Program-made: the position numbers and the translations under genes
Assembly (NCBI GenBank): GCA_965226495.1
Contig: OZ245365.1
Span: forward strand, 6,016,001 to 6,080,000
Origin: Candidatus Marinacidobacterales bacterium
GTDB lineage: Bacteria > Acidobacteriota > Vicinamibacteria > Marinacidobacterales > DATDRI01
Reading direction: 5' to 3'
Length of the DNA: 64,000 nucleotides
Shown: piece by piece, positions 18,068 through 27,022 of the stretch
How positions within the stretch are numbered: position 1 is the stretch's first letter
How the letters are laid out: every line of letters begins with the position of its first letter
The notes under the pieces: model-generated
Told to the model about the DNA's origin: nothing
The model's database searches: none
Seen by the model: the letters and a program-made list of their open reading frames with translations, nothing else

Positions 18068-18859
18068 ATGATGAAACGGGGCCTTCCCATCCTGTTGCCC
18101 CTACTGGGCATGATGGCGGTCACTCAACTCGCTCAGGCTGGCCAAAAGTCATCTAAGACCTGGCTCGATAGTCCCCGAGATTACGAGAAGATCCTGAGGA
18201 GCGGTGAGATCGTGTCCATGAAGGATCTCGGTAGCGGGCGCAACAATCCCAAAAAGGTGACGCTGAAGGACGAGGACCTCACGGTCGATGCGGTCTGGAA
18301 ACCGATCCGGCGCGGCCGCCAAGAGTGGGGCTGGGAGAGCTATCAGGCGGAAGTCGCCGCCTATAAGCTCGACCGTCTTCTCGCGCTAGGAATGGTACCC
18401 CCGACGGTCGTTCGAGAAATCGGCGGCCAAATGGGCTCCCTTCAACTCTGGGTGACGGGGTGCAAACTGTACGAGGAGATGCACGAAGAAGTTCCCGAAT
18501 CAGCGGAGTGGGATAAGGAGCTCTCCCGCATGAAGCTCTTCGATAGCCTCATCAGCAACGGCCACCGCAGCTCGCGGGACTTCATGGTGGACGGACAGTG
18601 GAACATCGTTCTCATCGATCACTCCCAGGCGTTCATGAGCACGCAGGAACTTGACAAAGATCGGGACAAGTTGCCGACGCGATTCGATCGCGACCTCGTC
18701 GAAAAGATGAAAGCGATCGAATCGATGAGCCTCGAAATCCGCATGGATCGCTTGCTGTTGCGGCAACAGGTCGACGCCATCGCAATGCGGCGCGATGCCT
18801 TGGTCGAGTACGTGGAGAAAGCGATCGCCGAAAACGGCGAGGCTGCGGTTTTTCAGTAA
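18068..18859 (+). CDS. Exported atypical kinase-like protein (FAM20/PI4K-like motifs)
   Basis: Signal peptide; AVWKP, EVAAYKLDRLL...VPPTV.R, GSLQLW, FDSLISNGHR, LIDHSQAF. Confidence 0.75.
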   Translation: MMKRGLPILLPLLGMMAVTQLAQAGQKSSKTWLDSPRDYEKILRSGEIVSMKDLGSGRNNPKKVTLKDEDLTVDAVWKPIRRGRQEWGWESYQAEVAAYKLDRLLALGMVPPTVVREIGGQMGSLQLWVTGCKLYEEMHEEVPESAEWDKELSRMKLFDSLISNGHRSSRDFMVDGQWNIVLIDHSQAFMSTQELDKDRDKLPTRFDRDLVEKMKAIESMSLEIRMDRLLLRQQVDAIAMRRDALVEYVEKAIAENGEAAVFQ

Positions 18860-19072
18860 GTCTACGCGGTCTAGAACTGCCCAATGACGTCATCCGGCTC
18901 ACTCGACCCGGGGGCTTGCGACGCATCTTCCAAATTCCTCGAAAGCTAGAAGTGCTTCCGGAACAAACAGATTAGTGAGAACAGATCGACCTGAGCGGAT
19001 ACGAAACCGCATCGATCGATCGTGCTACAATAGAAAGGGTTCCACGGACAACTTAATTATTTCTCTTGAAGC

Positions 19073-22000
19073 ATGAGCTCTCCCACTCTAGCTCGGATTC
19101 TCGCGATTAGTGTCGCCGCCGTCCTGCTAATCTTGTCCGGCGCCGTCGCCGCTCAGAGCCCCCTCGACCTGCTCTCCGTCACGCCCGCCGGTGAGGACGT
19201 CCCGCCCGGCCGACAGATCGTTTTCCAGTTCGACCGCCCGGTGGTGCCGATCGGCAGAATGGATCGGGACCCCAGTGAAGTTCCCATAACCATCGAGCCT
19301 TCGCTTGAATGCGAATGGCGATGGATTAGTACGTCGGCCCTCGCCTGCCAACTCGGGGAGGACGACGCCCTGGTGCCGGCAACGAGGTACGTACTAAACG
19401 TTGCACCGACGCTTACCGCTCAAGATGGAAGCCGGCTCCTAGCCGACGAGACCCACGAGTTCACGACCCAACGTCCCGCGGTGCAGTATGCGAACTTTCG
19501 CACCTGGCACAGTCCCGGCACACCGGAGATCTTCCTGAACCTCAACCAGCCGGTGGAAGTGGCGTCGCTCGGACAACATTTGTTCCTGGAGCTTCCCGGA
19601 GGCGAACGAGTCGATCTTGCCATCTCACCCACAGACGTCAAGAACCAGGCCGACATCTACTGGATCGCGGAACCGGTGCGCGAGCTTCCTCTTAACACGC
19701 GGGTTCTTTTGAAGGTCGAGCCGGGTCTCGAATCCAAGCTCGGACCCGAGCCGAGCGTAGAGACGAAGACGGTCGTCGAGTTCTTCACCTTCCCCGAGCA
19801 TCGCTTCTTGGGTGTTCGGTGCCGGGACAACAAGAATGAAGAGATCCGTGTTCCACCGGATGCCTGGATCCGCACCACCCGTGCCTGCAATCCGCTTGAC
19901 AGCGTCGTTCTCTTGTTCTCGTCGCCCGTCATCAAGGAAGTACTGCGCGACCATCTACTAGTGGAGCCCGATCTCGCGGGAGGCCGGGACGATTTCGACC
20001 CGTGGGACAACATCTATAGTTACTCACGGCTCAACCGCCCTCGCCGTCGGGATCAGGAGTACCGGATGCGGCTTCCCGGCACCCTGAAGGCGCGGGCCGA
20101 GTACAGCGTGAAAGCCGCGGCCGATGCGCTGAAGGACGAGTTCGGAAGGTCGCTGGCGGCCGATATCGACATTAAGTTCTCGACCGACGATCGCCCACCC
20201 CGTTTCGTTCTGACACACCCAGTCTCCGTGCTCGAGACGCAGGTCGAGACTCATGTTCCCCTCACCGTCACAAACCTGGAGCAGGTTCGTGCCCGTTATC
20301 GGGGCGTGACGCCGTCCGGTTCGGTGCAAGAGACAGAGAGTATGGCTCTCCCGGAAGTGCTGAACGTCGCCTACCGAATCCCGCTTAACGTGCGGGAGTG
20401 GCTCAGCGGCGGGTCCGGGGCCGTGTTGGGGAACATCGAGTCGACTCCAGCCACGAGCAATAAGCGTCCTTGGTTTTTCTCCACGGTCAGTCCTTTTCAG
20501 GTCCATTCGAAGGTCGGTCACCGCAACACCGCCGTCTGGGTGACGGATCTCGAAAGCGGTCTCCCCGTCGAGGGCGCACGCGTGACTATCTATTCCGGAG
20601 TCGTGAGCGAGCTGAGCGCGGACCACAAGATGCTGAGCGAGAGCACGACCGATGCCACGGGGCTAGCACTTCTCGACGGAGCCGCGGAGATCGATCCCAA
20701 GCTCGAGCTCTTCCATCGGGGCTCTGTCGTGAGGTGGGGAGATGGCCCGTCCCTGGATCCTCTGCTTTTCGTGCGCGTCGACAAGGACGGTGAGATGGCG
20801 CTCACCCCGCTCAGCGGAGACTTCATGGCTCGCGCCGAGGGGCCGAACAACTCTTGGATTCCGACCGATTACCGCCGTCGCTACGGGCACATCGCTACCT
20901 GGGGAACCACGGCACAAGGTGTTTATCGAGTGGGAGATACGGTCGAGTTCAAGATCTACGTTCGCGATCAAAGCAACAAGAAGTTCGTTCCCGCTCCCTC
21001 CAAGGGCTACACGCTTCGCGTCTACGATCCGATGGACAAGCTGGTTCACGAGGTCGAAGACCTCGAGCTCAATCGGTTCGGAAGCTATGCGGGAGATTTC
21101 GCAGTTCCCGATACCGGCGGCGTCGGATGGTACGGCTTCCGTCTCACCGCCGATTTTATCGACAACACCACCTGGTACCCGATGCGCGTCCTCATCGCCG
21201 ATTTCACGCCGGCGCCCTTTAGGGTGACGACCGACATCAACGGTGAGCTCTTCCACCCCGGTGACGAGGTGGCCGTGGCCACCAGCGCCAAGCTCCATGC
21301 CGGTGGTCCCTACGCAGACGCCCAGAGCCGCCGGACGGTCTCGTTGCAGTCGACTCCTTTGAGGCCCAGCGACCCCAAGGCCGCGAACTTTTTCTTCGAC
21401 ACCGGCCGTTCTCGGAACGAGAAACTCTACGAGAGCGAGGCTAGCGTCGACTCTCAAGGAGAGTACGGCGAGACCGTGACGCTTCCGACATCGGATATCG
21501 TTTATGGCCGGCTTCGTTTCGAAAGCTCAGTCCGTGACGACCGTGGGAAGTATGTCAGTGGACGCGCACCAGCGACCTACGCCGGGCGGGATCGTTACGT
21601 CGGCATCCGTCAGGGGAACTGGATTCTCGAGGCCGGCGGGTCGTTTGAGGTTTTGGCAATCGTGGTCGACGAGACAGGCCACGTGAGGCCGGGGACCGAT
21701 GTCACCCTACGCGTCGAGTATCTGGAGGTCAAAGCTTCACGGGTAAAGGGTGCTGGTAACGCTTATCTCACCCAGTACATTCAGAATTGGGTGGAAGTCA
21801 CGCGCTGCGAAAAAGAGTCCGCAGAAGATCCAATTTCGTGTCCGGTGACGCCACAAAAGTCGGGTCGATATCGTTTCAACGCTGAGGTCTCGGATACGCT
21901 GGGGCGGCCGCATTCCAGCTCGCTGACACGCTGGAGCATCGGCAAGGGACAGGTCCTCTGGGAAACCCCGCCCGGCCACCACCTTCCTATCGAGCCGGAA

Positions 22001-24817
22001 AAAGAGGAGTATCGCGTCGGCGACACGGCGCGTTTTCTCATCCGTAACCCGTTTCCCGGAGGGCGCGCGCTCTTTACCATCGAGCGCATCGGTGTCCAGC
22101 GAAGCTGGACGAAGATTCTCGAGAACAGCAGCGAGCTCATCGAGTTCGAGGTAACACCCGACCATCTACCGGGGTTTTACTTTTCGGCGGTCGTGACGTC
22201 GAAACGCGTCGAAGCACCGTTGGGAGACAACCAAGTAGACCTCGGCAAGCCGGCCTTCCGTATGGGTTATGTCCGCGTTCCGGTCCGCGATCCCTACAAA
22301 GAGATAGAGGTCGATGTCTCGCCGAAAAGGGACAACTACCGTCCTCGTGAGACAGTGCAGGTGGACCTGGTGGCGCGTCCGCGTCATGCGGTGATGACCG
22401 ACGATGGCCCTCCCGCGGTGGAACTGGCGATCGCCGTTTTGGACGAAGCGGTCTTTGACCTGATTCAGGGAGGAGAACGCTACTTCGATCCCTACCAGGG
22501 TTTCTACGAGCTCGAACAGCTCGACGTCCAGAACTACAACCTCCTCACGCGTCTCATCGGTATTCAGAAGTTCGAAAAGAAGGGCGCCAATCCGGGTGGC
22601 GGCGGCGCGTCGGGTCTCGACATGCGGTCGATATTCAAGTTCGTAGCGTACTGGAACCCGTCCGTCCCGACCGACAGCGATGGCCGTGCCAGCATCGAGT
22701 TCCAGGCACCAGACAATCTGACTGGCTGGCGGGTGCTGGCGATCGCCGTGACCAAGAACGACCTGATGGGGCTGGGGGATGGCACGTTTGTCGTCAATCA
22801 GCCCACTGAGCTCCGGCCGGCTCTCCCCAATCAGGTTACCGAGGGCGATCATTTCGATGCTCGTTTCACAGTCATGAACCGCACCGAGCTCAAGCGCACG
22901 TTGGTCATCGAAGCGAAAGTCGAGGGCCCGGCCGAGTCCCCCGGTCTCGAAGGCTTCCGCATCGAGGCCGAGCCCTTCAAGCGCTACCCCATCGTCTTCC
23001 CGGTTCGCACTACTAATGATGGGGAGGTCTTCTTCACCATCCGAGCGGGTGACATCGAAGACGGAGACGCGCTTCGTCACGGGCTCGAAGTCAGAAAACG
23101 CACCGCGCTGGAGGCTGCGGCCAACTACGGCACGACGATCGACGACGAAGTCACCGAGTCGATTCTGTTTCCGGAAGGGATACGGACGGACGTGGGCCGG
23201 GTGAGCGTGGTCGTCAGTCCCTCGGTCATCGGCGGCGTGGAAGGTGCGTTCCGGTACATGCGGGATTATCCGTACGCTTGTTGGGAGCAGAAACTGACCA
23301 AGGGCGTCATGGCGTCCCACTTCGCACATCTCCGTAGTTATCTCCCCGACGAGGTGGAATGGGAGGGACACGAGAAGCTGCCCGATATCACGCTCGGCCT
23401 AGCCGCAAGCTATCAGGCTCCGAACGGTGGCATGGTCTACTACCGTCCCGAAGACCAGTACGTGAGTCCCTACTTGAGCGCTTATACCGCTCTCGCCTTC
23501 AATTGGCTCCGCGCTCGTGGCCACACCATCCCCGCCGGGGTCGAGGAAAAGCTCCACGGTTATCTCCTCAATCTGTTGCGGACGGATGTCTTTCCGGACT
23601 TTTTTACCAAGGGGATGGCGTCGAGTGTCCGCGCGGTGGCTCTGGCCGCCTTGGCGCCCGCTGGCAAGATCGACCTTTCCGATATCGAACGCTACCGCCG
23701 CCATGTCGCGGAGATGGATCTCTTCGGCAAGGCCCACTATCTGCTCGCCTCGGTCGAGCTCGGAGCGGTTGCCGAACTACAAGCCGAAGTCAGAGACGAC
23801 ATCCTCGCGCATTCCAATCAATCGGGTGGAAAGTTCACGTTCAGTGAGAGTATTGATGTCGATTTCCAACGGATTCTGTATTCGCCGGTGAAGAGCAACT
23901 GCACCATTCTGACGTCGCTGGTCGCGCACCAGGGCGGTGCACCGAGCGGAACCGGACTCGGAGATGTTCCTTTCAAGCTCACCCGCTCCATCACCCAAGA
24001 GCGCAAGAGACGCGATCGATGGGAGAACACGCAGGACAACATGTTCTGCATGAACGCCCTCATTGACTACAGCGGTGCCTACGAAAAAGACGAACCGGCG
24101 ATGACGATCCGTACGTACTTCGATGACGAAGAGCTTCCGTCGGTCGAGTTCACGGACCTCCGCGATCCGGCTGGCGAAGTGGAGCGTCCGATTCAGCCCG
24201 GCGATGCGGGTCGCGGTGCCACGGTGCGGATCGAAAGGGAAGGGACGGGCCGGCTCTACTATGCGACGCGGCTTTTCTACTCACCCATCGAGCTCAAGAA
24301 AGATTCCATCAACTCTGGAATGGTCGTGAAACGAGAATACAGCGTCGAGCGTGATGGCGAATGGGTGCTTCTCGAAGATCCCATTCGCATCCGGACCGGA
24401 GACCTGGTTCGGGTGGATCTCTATATCTCGCTTCCCGCGCCACGGAACTTTGTCGTGGTGGAAGACCCCGTACCGGGCGGGTTGGAGCCGGTGAATCGCG
24501 ACCTCGCAACCGCATCGGAGGGCGACGCCGAAAAAGGAGAGTTCAAGCGCAGGGCCAGCTCCTATTGGTTCACCTATAGCGATTGGCGCGAGTACGGGTA
24601 TTCCCGTTGGAGCTTCTATCATCAGGAGCTCCTTCACCACGCGGCCCGTTTCTACTCCGAATACCTGCCCGCCGGAAACTACCATCTCTCTTACATCGCG
24701 CAGGCCATCGCGCCCGGCGAGTTTCACATCGGGCCGGTCCATTCCGAAGAAATGTACGACCCCGATGTCTTTGGGCAGGGCATTCCCTCTCAGCTCATCG
24801 TCGAGGAGGCACAGTGA
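19073..24817 (+). CDS. Bacterial alpha-2-macroglobulin
   Basis: 1914 aa; YRVGDTV, YRPRETV, PDNLTGWR, thioester motif YPYACWEQ, DPVPGGLEPVN, EEMYDP. Confidence 0.93.
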   Translation: MSSPTLARILAISVAAVLLILSGAVAAQSPLDLLSVTPAGEDVPPGRQIVFQFDRPVVPIGRMDRDPSEVPITIEPSLECEWRWISTSALACQLGEDDALVPATRYVLNVAPTLTAQDGSRLLADETHEFTTQRPAVQYANFRTWHSPGTPEIFLNLNQPVEVASLGQHLFLELPGGERVDLAISPTDVKNQADIYWIAEPVRELPLNTRVLLKVEPGLESKLGPEPSVETKTVVEFFTFPEHRFLGVRCRDNKNEEIRVPPDAWIRTTRACNPLDSVVLLFSSPVIKEVLRDHLLVEPDLAGGRDDFDPWDNIYSYSRLNRPRRRDQEYRMRLPGTLKARAEYSVKAAADALKDEFGRSLAADIDIKFSTDDRPPRFVLTHPVSVLETQVETHVPLTVTNLEQVRARYRGVTPSGSVQETESMALPEVLNVAYRIPLNVREWLSGGSGAVLGNIESTPATSNKRPWFFSTVSPFQVHSKVGHRNTAVWVTDLESGLPVEGARVTIYSGVVSELSADHKMLSESTTDATGLALLDGAAEIDPKLELFHRGSVVRWGDGPSLDPLLFVRVDKDGEMALTPLSGDFMARAEGPNNSWIPTDYRRRYGHIATWGTTAQGVYRVGDTVEFKIYVRDQSNKKFVPAPSKGYTLRVYDPMDKLVHEVEDLELNRFGSYAGDFAVPDTGGVGWYGFRLTADFIDNTTWYPMRVLIADFTPAPFRVTTDINGELFHPGDEVAVATSAKLHAGGPYADAQSRRTVSLQSTPLRPSDPKAANFFFDTGRSRNEKLYESEASVDSQGEYGETVTLPTSDIVYGRLRFESSVRDDRGKYVSGRAPATYAGRDRYVGIRQGNWILEAGGSFEVLAIVVDETGHVRPGTDVTLRVEYLEVKASRVKGAGNAYLTQYIQNWVEVTRCEKESAEDPISCPVTPQKSGRYRFNAEVSDTLGRPHSSSLTRWSIGKGQVLWETPPGHHLPIEPEKEEYRVGDTARFLIRNPFPGGRALFTIERIGVQRSWTKILENSSELIEFEVTPDHLPGFYFSAVVTSKRVEAPLGDNQVDLGKPAFRMGYVRVPVRDPYKEIEVDVSPKRDNYRPRETVQVDLVARPRHAVMTDDGPPAVELAIAVLDEAVFDLIQGGERYFDPYQGFYELEQLDVQNYNLLTRLIGIQKFEKKGANPGGGGASGLDMRSIFKFVAYWNPSVPTDSDGRASIEFQAPDNLTGWRVLAIAVTKNDLMGLGDGTFVVNQPTELRPALPNQVTEGDHFDARFTVMNRTELKRTLVIEAKVEGPAESPGLEGFRIEAEPFKRYPIVFPVRTTNDGEVFFTIRAGDIEDGDALRHGLEVRKRTALEAAANYGTTIDDEVTESILFPEGIRTDVGRVSVVVSPSVIGGVEGAFRYMRDYPYACWEQKLTKGVMASHFAHLRSYLPDEVEWEGHEKLPDITLGLAASYQAPNGGMVYYRPEDQYVSPYLSAYTALAFNWLRARGHTIPAGVEEKLHGYLLNLLRTDVFPDFFTKGMASSVRAVALAALAPAGKIDLSDIERYRRHVAEMDLFGKAHYLLASVELGAVAELQAEVRDDILAHSNQSGGKFTFSESIDVDFQRILYSPVKSNCTILTSLVAHQGGAPSGTGLGDVPFKLTRSITQERKRRDRWENTQDNMFCMNALIDYSGAYEKDEPAMTIRTYFDDEELPSVEFTDLRDPAGEVERPIQPGDAGRGATVRIEREGTGRLYYATRLFYSPIELKKDSINSGMVVKREYSVERDGEWVLLEDPIRIRTGDLVRVDLYISLPAPRNFVVVEDPVPGGLEPVNRDLATASEGDAEKGEFKRRASSYWFTYSDWREYGYSRWSFYHQELLHHAARFYSEYLPAGNYHLSYIAQAIAPGEFHIGPVHSEEMYDPDVFGQGIPSQLIVEEAQ

Positions 24818-27018
24818 GAAGGAACGCCTTTCTCGTGACCGCCGGGGTCATGACGCTCGTCGTTTTAGGAAAGACCTGGTTAGATCTGAGGCCCTTGCCG
24901 GAGTCGCTTCCGCCTTCGGAGTTCGGTGTCGGCCAACCGCGGATCACCGATCGCAACGGCTTAGCGCTTTCCGTCAGCTATCAGGCGGACTGGAATCTCC
25001 ACGAGGTCGTTCCTCTGCACGAGACGCCGGAGCTACTACAGCAGGCCTTCGTGCATGCCGAAGACAAGCGCTTCTTCGAGCACGGCGGCGTCGACTGGCT
25101 AGCACGGGCTCATGCAGTGGTTCAGAACCTGCGAGCACTTAGAGCAGTCCGTGGAGCGAGCACCATTACCGAGCAAGTGGTTCGCATTCTTCACCCGCGT
25201 CCCCGCACACTTTGGTCGCGCTGGCTCGAAGGCAACGAAGCGGCCCGGCTCGAAGATCGTTTCGGCAAGGCGCAGATCCTCGAGCTTTACCTCAACCAGG
25301 TCCCCTATGCGAGAAACCGTCGAGGTGTAGCTCAGGCGGCGCGATACTACTTCAAACGCGATCTCGACACCTTGACCGACAAGGAGATGCTGGCGCTCGC
25401 CGTGCTGCCGCGCAGCCCCTCGCGACTGGATCTCGCAAAAGGGGTCGAAGCGATCGAGCGGCCGTTGCTTCGGCTCGCCGAGCGGCTTCTGGAACGTGGC
25501 GTCATCACCGCCGAACGGCTCGATGGCATCGAGCATCCGTCGCTCGCGGTCGTCGAGGTCTCGTCGCCTATTGATGATGCCGCCGCACACTTTGTGCGCT
25601 TCGTGCGCGATCGATCGCTCGGCGCGACCGGCCATCGCATTCAGACGACGCTCGATGGGTCTCTGCAACGGCGCGTACAGCAGCTTCTCGATGGTCAAGT
25701 GGCCAGCCTTGGATCCCGACGTGTGGCCGACGGAGCGGCCTTGATTGTCGATCACCGGAGAAACGAGGTGCTGGCGTGGGTCAATGCCGGAGGCTTTACC
25801 GATCGAGAAGGTGGACACATCGACAAGGTGACGATGCCTCGCCAGCCAGGCTCTGCGCTCAAGCCATTCGTCTACGCACTCGCATTGGAAAAAGGTTGGA
25901 CGGCGGCAACTCTCCTTGATGACTCGCCCCTGGTCGAGTCGGTGGGGAACGGTGTCCACAATTTTAGAAACTACAGCCGACAGTACTATGGTCCCATTCG
26001 CTTACGCGGTGCGCTAGGCAACTCCTTGAACGTGCCCGCGGTCCTCGCCATTCAGTTCACCGGACGCTCGGAGCTCCTGGAGCGCCTGCGGCTTCTAGGC
26101 TTCGACAGCCTCACCCAACACCCCGACTTCTACGGAGATGGTCTGGCGCTGGGGAACGGGGAAGTCATGCTCTTCGAGATGGTCCAGGCGTATGCCACCC
26201 TTGCACGAGGCGGGGAGTTCCGGCCTCTGGAGTGGCGGCTGGACGCGGTCGAGCTCGGCGAATCGCGCCGCCGTGTGTTCGGTCGCGAGGTGTCATCCGT
26301 CGTAACCGACATCTTGTCGGACCCCGATGCCCGCCGACTCGAGTTCGGAGCCGGCTCGATCTTGAATCTGCCGGTCCAGACCGCGGTCAAGACCGGAACC
26401 TCCAACGACTACCGCGATGCGTGGGCGCTCGGCTTCTCCGACCGCTACACGGTGGGTGTTTGGATGGGGAATGTCGATCAAAGGCCCATGCACGAGGTCA
26501 CTGGCTCCTCGGGTCCGGCCCTCGTCCTGCGCGCGGTCTTCGCCGAGCTACGCCGGCACAAAGAATCGAAGCCTCTTTATCTCAGCCGCAAGCTCGTCTC
26601 TCGACAGATATGCACCAAGACCGGAAAGCTGGCGACGAGTCAGTGTCCTATAGCGCCCGAATGGTTCCGCCCGGAGAGAGCTCCTAAGAAGACGTGCACC
26701 GCCCACACCGATCACCAGCGTCATGCGAGTGCCGCGCCGGCGACCGACTCGCCGGTCATGTCGGTCAGGCTCGAAAGCCCGACGCCCGGACTTCACATCG
26801 CTCTCGATCCGCGGATTCCCGATGAGCTGGAGCGGTTCGCGTTTCGGATCTCGGCCGTCGAAGCCGAACGCGTGGAGTGGATTCTCGATGAGGAAGTCAT
26901 CGGAACGACCCCCACGTTCCTGTGGCATCCAGCCCGCGGTCGCCACACCGCGCAGGCTCGCGTTTGGATCGCGGGCCGGTCGGTCGAAACGGATCGCGTT
27001 TCCTTCGTCGTGAAGTAA
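24814..27018 (+). CDS. pbpC: Penicillin-binding protein 1C
   Basis: EDKRFFEHGGVD, GASTITEQ, PGSALKP, SLN, KTGT. GTG start overlaps the a2M stop, the known a2M-pbpC pairing. Confidence 0.92.
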   Translation: MRRNAFLVTAGVMTLVVLGKTWLDLRPLPESLPPSEFGVGQPRITDRNGLALSVSYQADWNLHEVVPLHETPELLQQAFVHAEDKRFFEHGGVDWLARAHAVVQNLRALRAVRGASTITEQVVRILHPRPRTLWSRWLEGNEAARLEDRFGKAQILELYLNQVPYARNRRGVAQAARYYFKRDLDTLTDKEMLALAVLPRSPSRLDLAKGVEAIERPLLRLAERLLERGVITAERLDGIEHPSLAVVEVSSPIDDAAAHFVRFVRDRSLGATGHRIQTTLDGSLQRRVQQLLDGQVASLGSRRVADGAALIVDHRRNEVLAWVNAGGFTDREGGHIDKVTMPRQPGSALKPFVYALALEKGWTAATLLDDSPLVESVGNGVHNFRNYSRQYYGPIRLRGALGNSLNVPAVLAIQFTGRSELLERLRLLGFDSLTQHPDFYGDGLALGNGEVMLFEMVQAYATLARGGEFRPLEWRLDAVELGESRRRVFGREVSSVVTDILSDPDARRLEFGAGSILNLPVQTAVKTGTSNDYRDAWALGFSDRYTVGVWMGNVDQRPMHEVTGSSGPALVLRAVFAELRRHKESKPLYLSRKLVSRQICTKTGKLATSQCPIAPEWFRPERAPKKTCTAHTDHQRHASAAPATDSPVMSVRLESPTPGLHIALDPRIPDELERFAFRISAVEAERVEWILDEEVIGTTPTFLWHPARGRHTAQARVWIAGRSVETDRVSFVVK

Positions 27019-27022
27019 CCCC

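Noticed and set aside
24583-24813. N-terminal extension of pbpC in the ORF track
   Set aside because: It overlaps the a2M gene out of frame; the GTG at 24814 with a GAGGAGG RBS is the plausible start.
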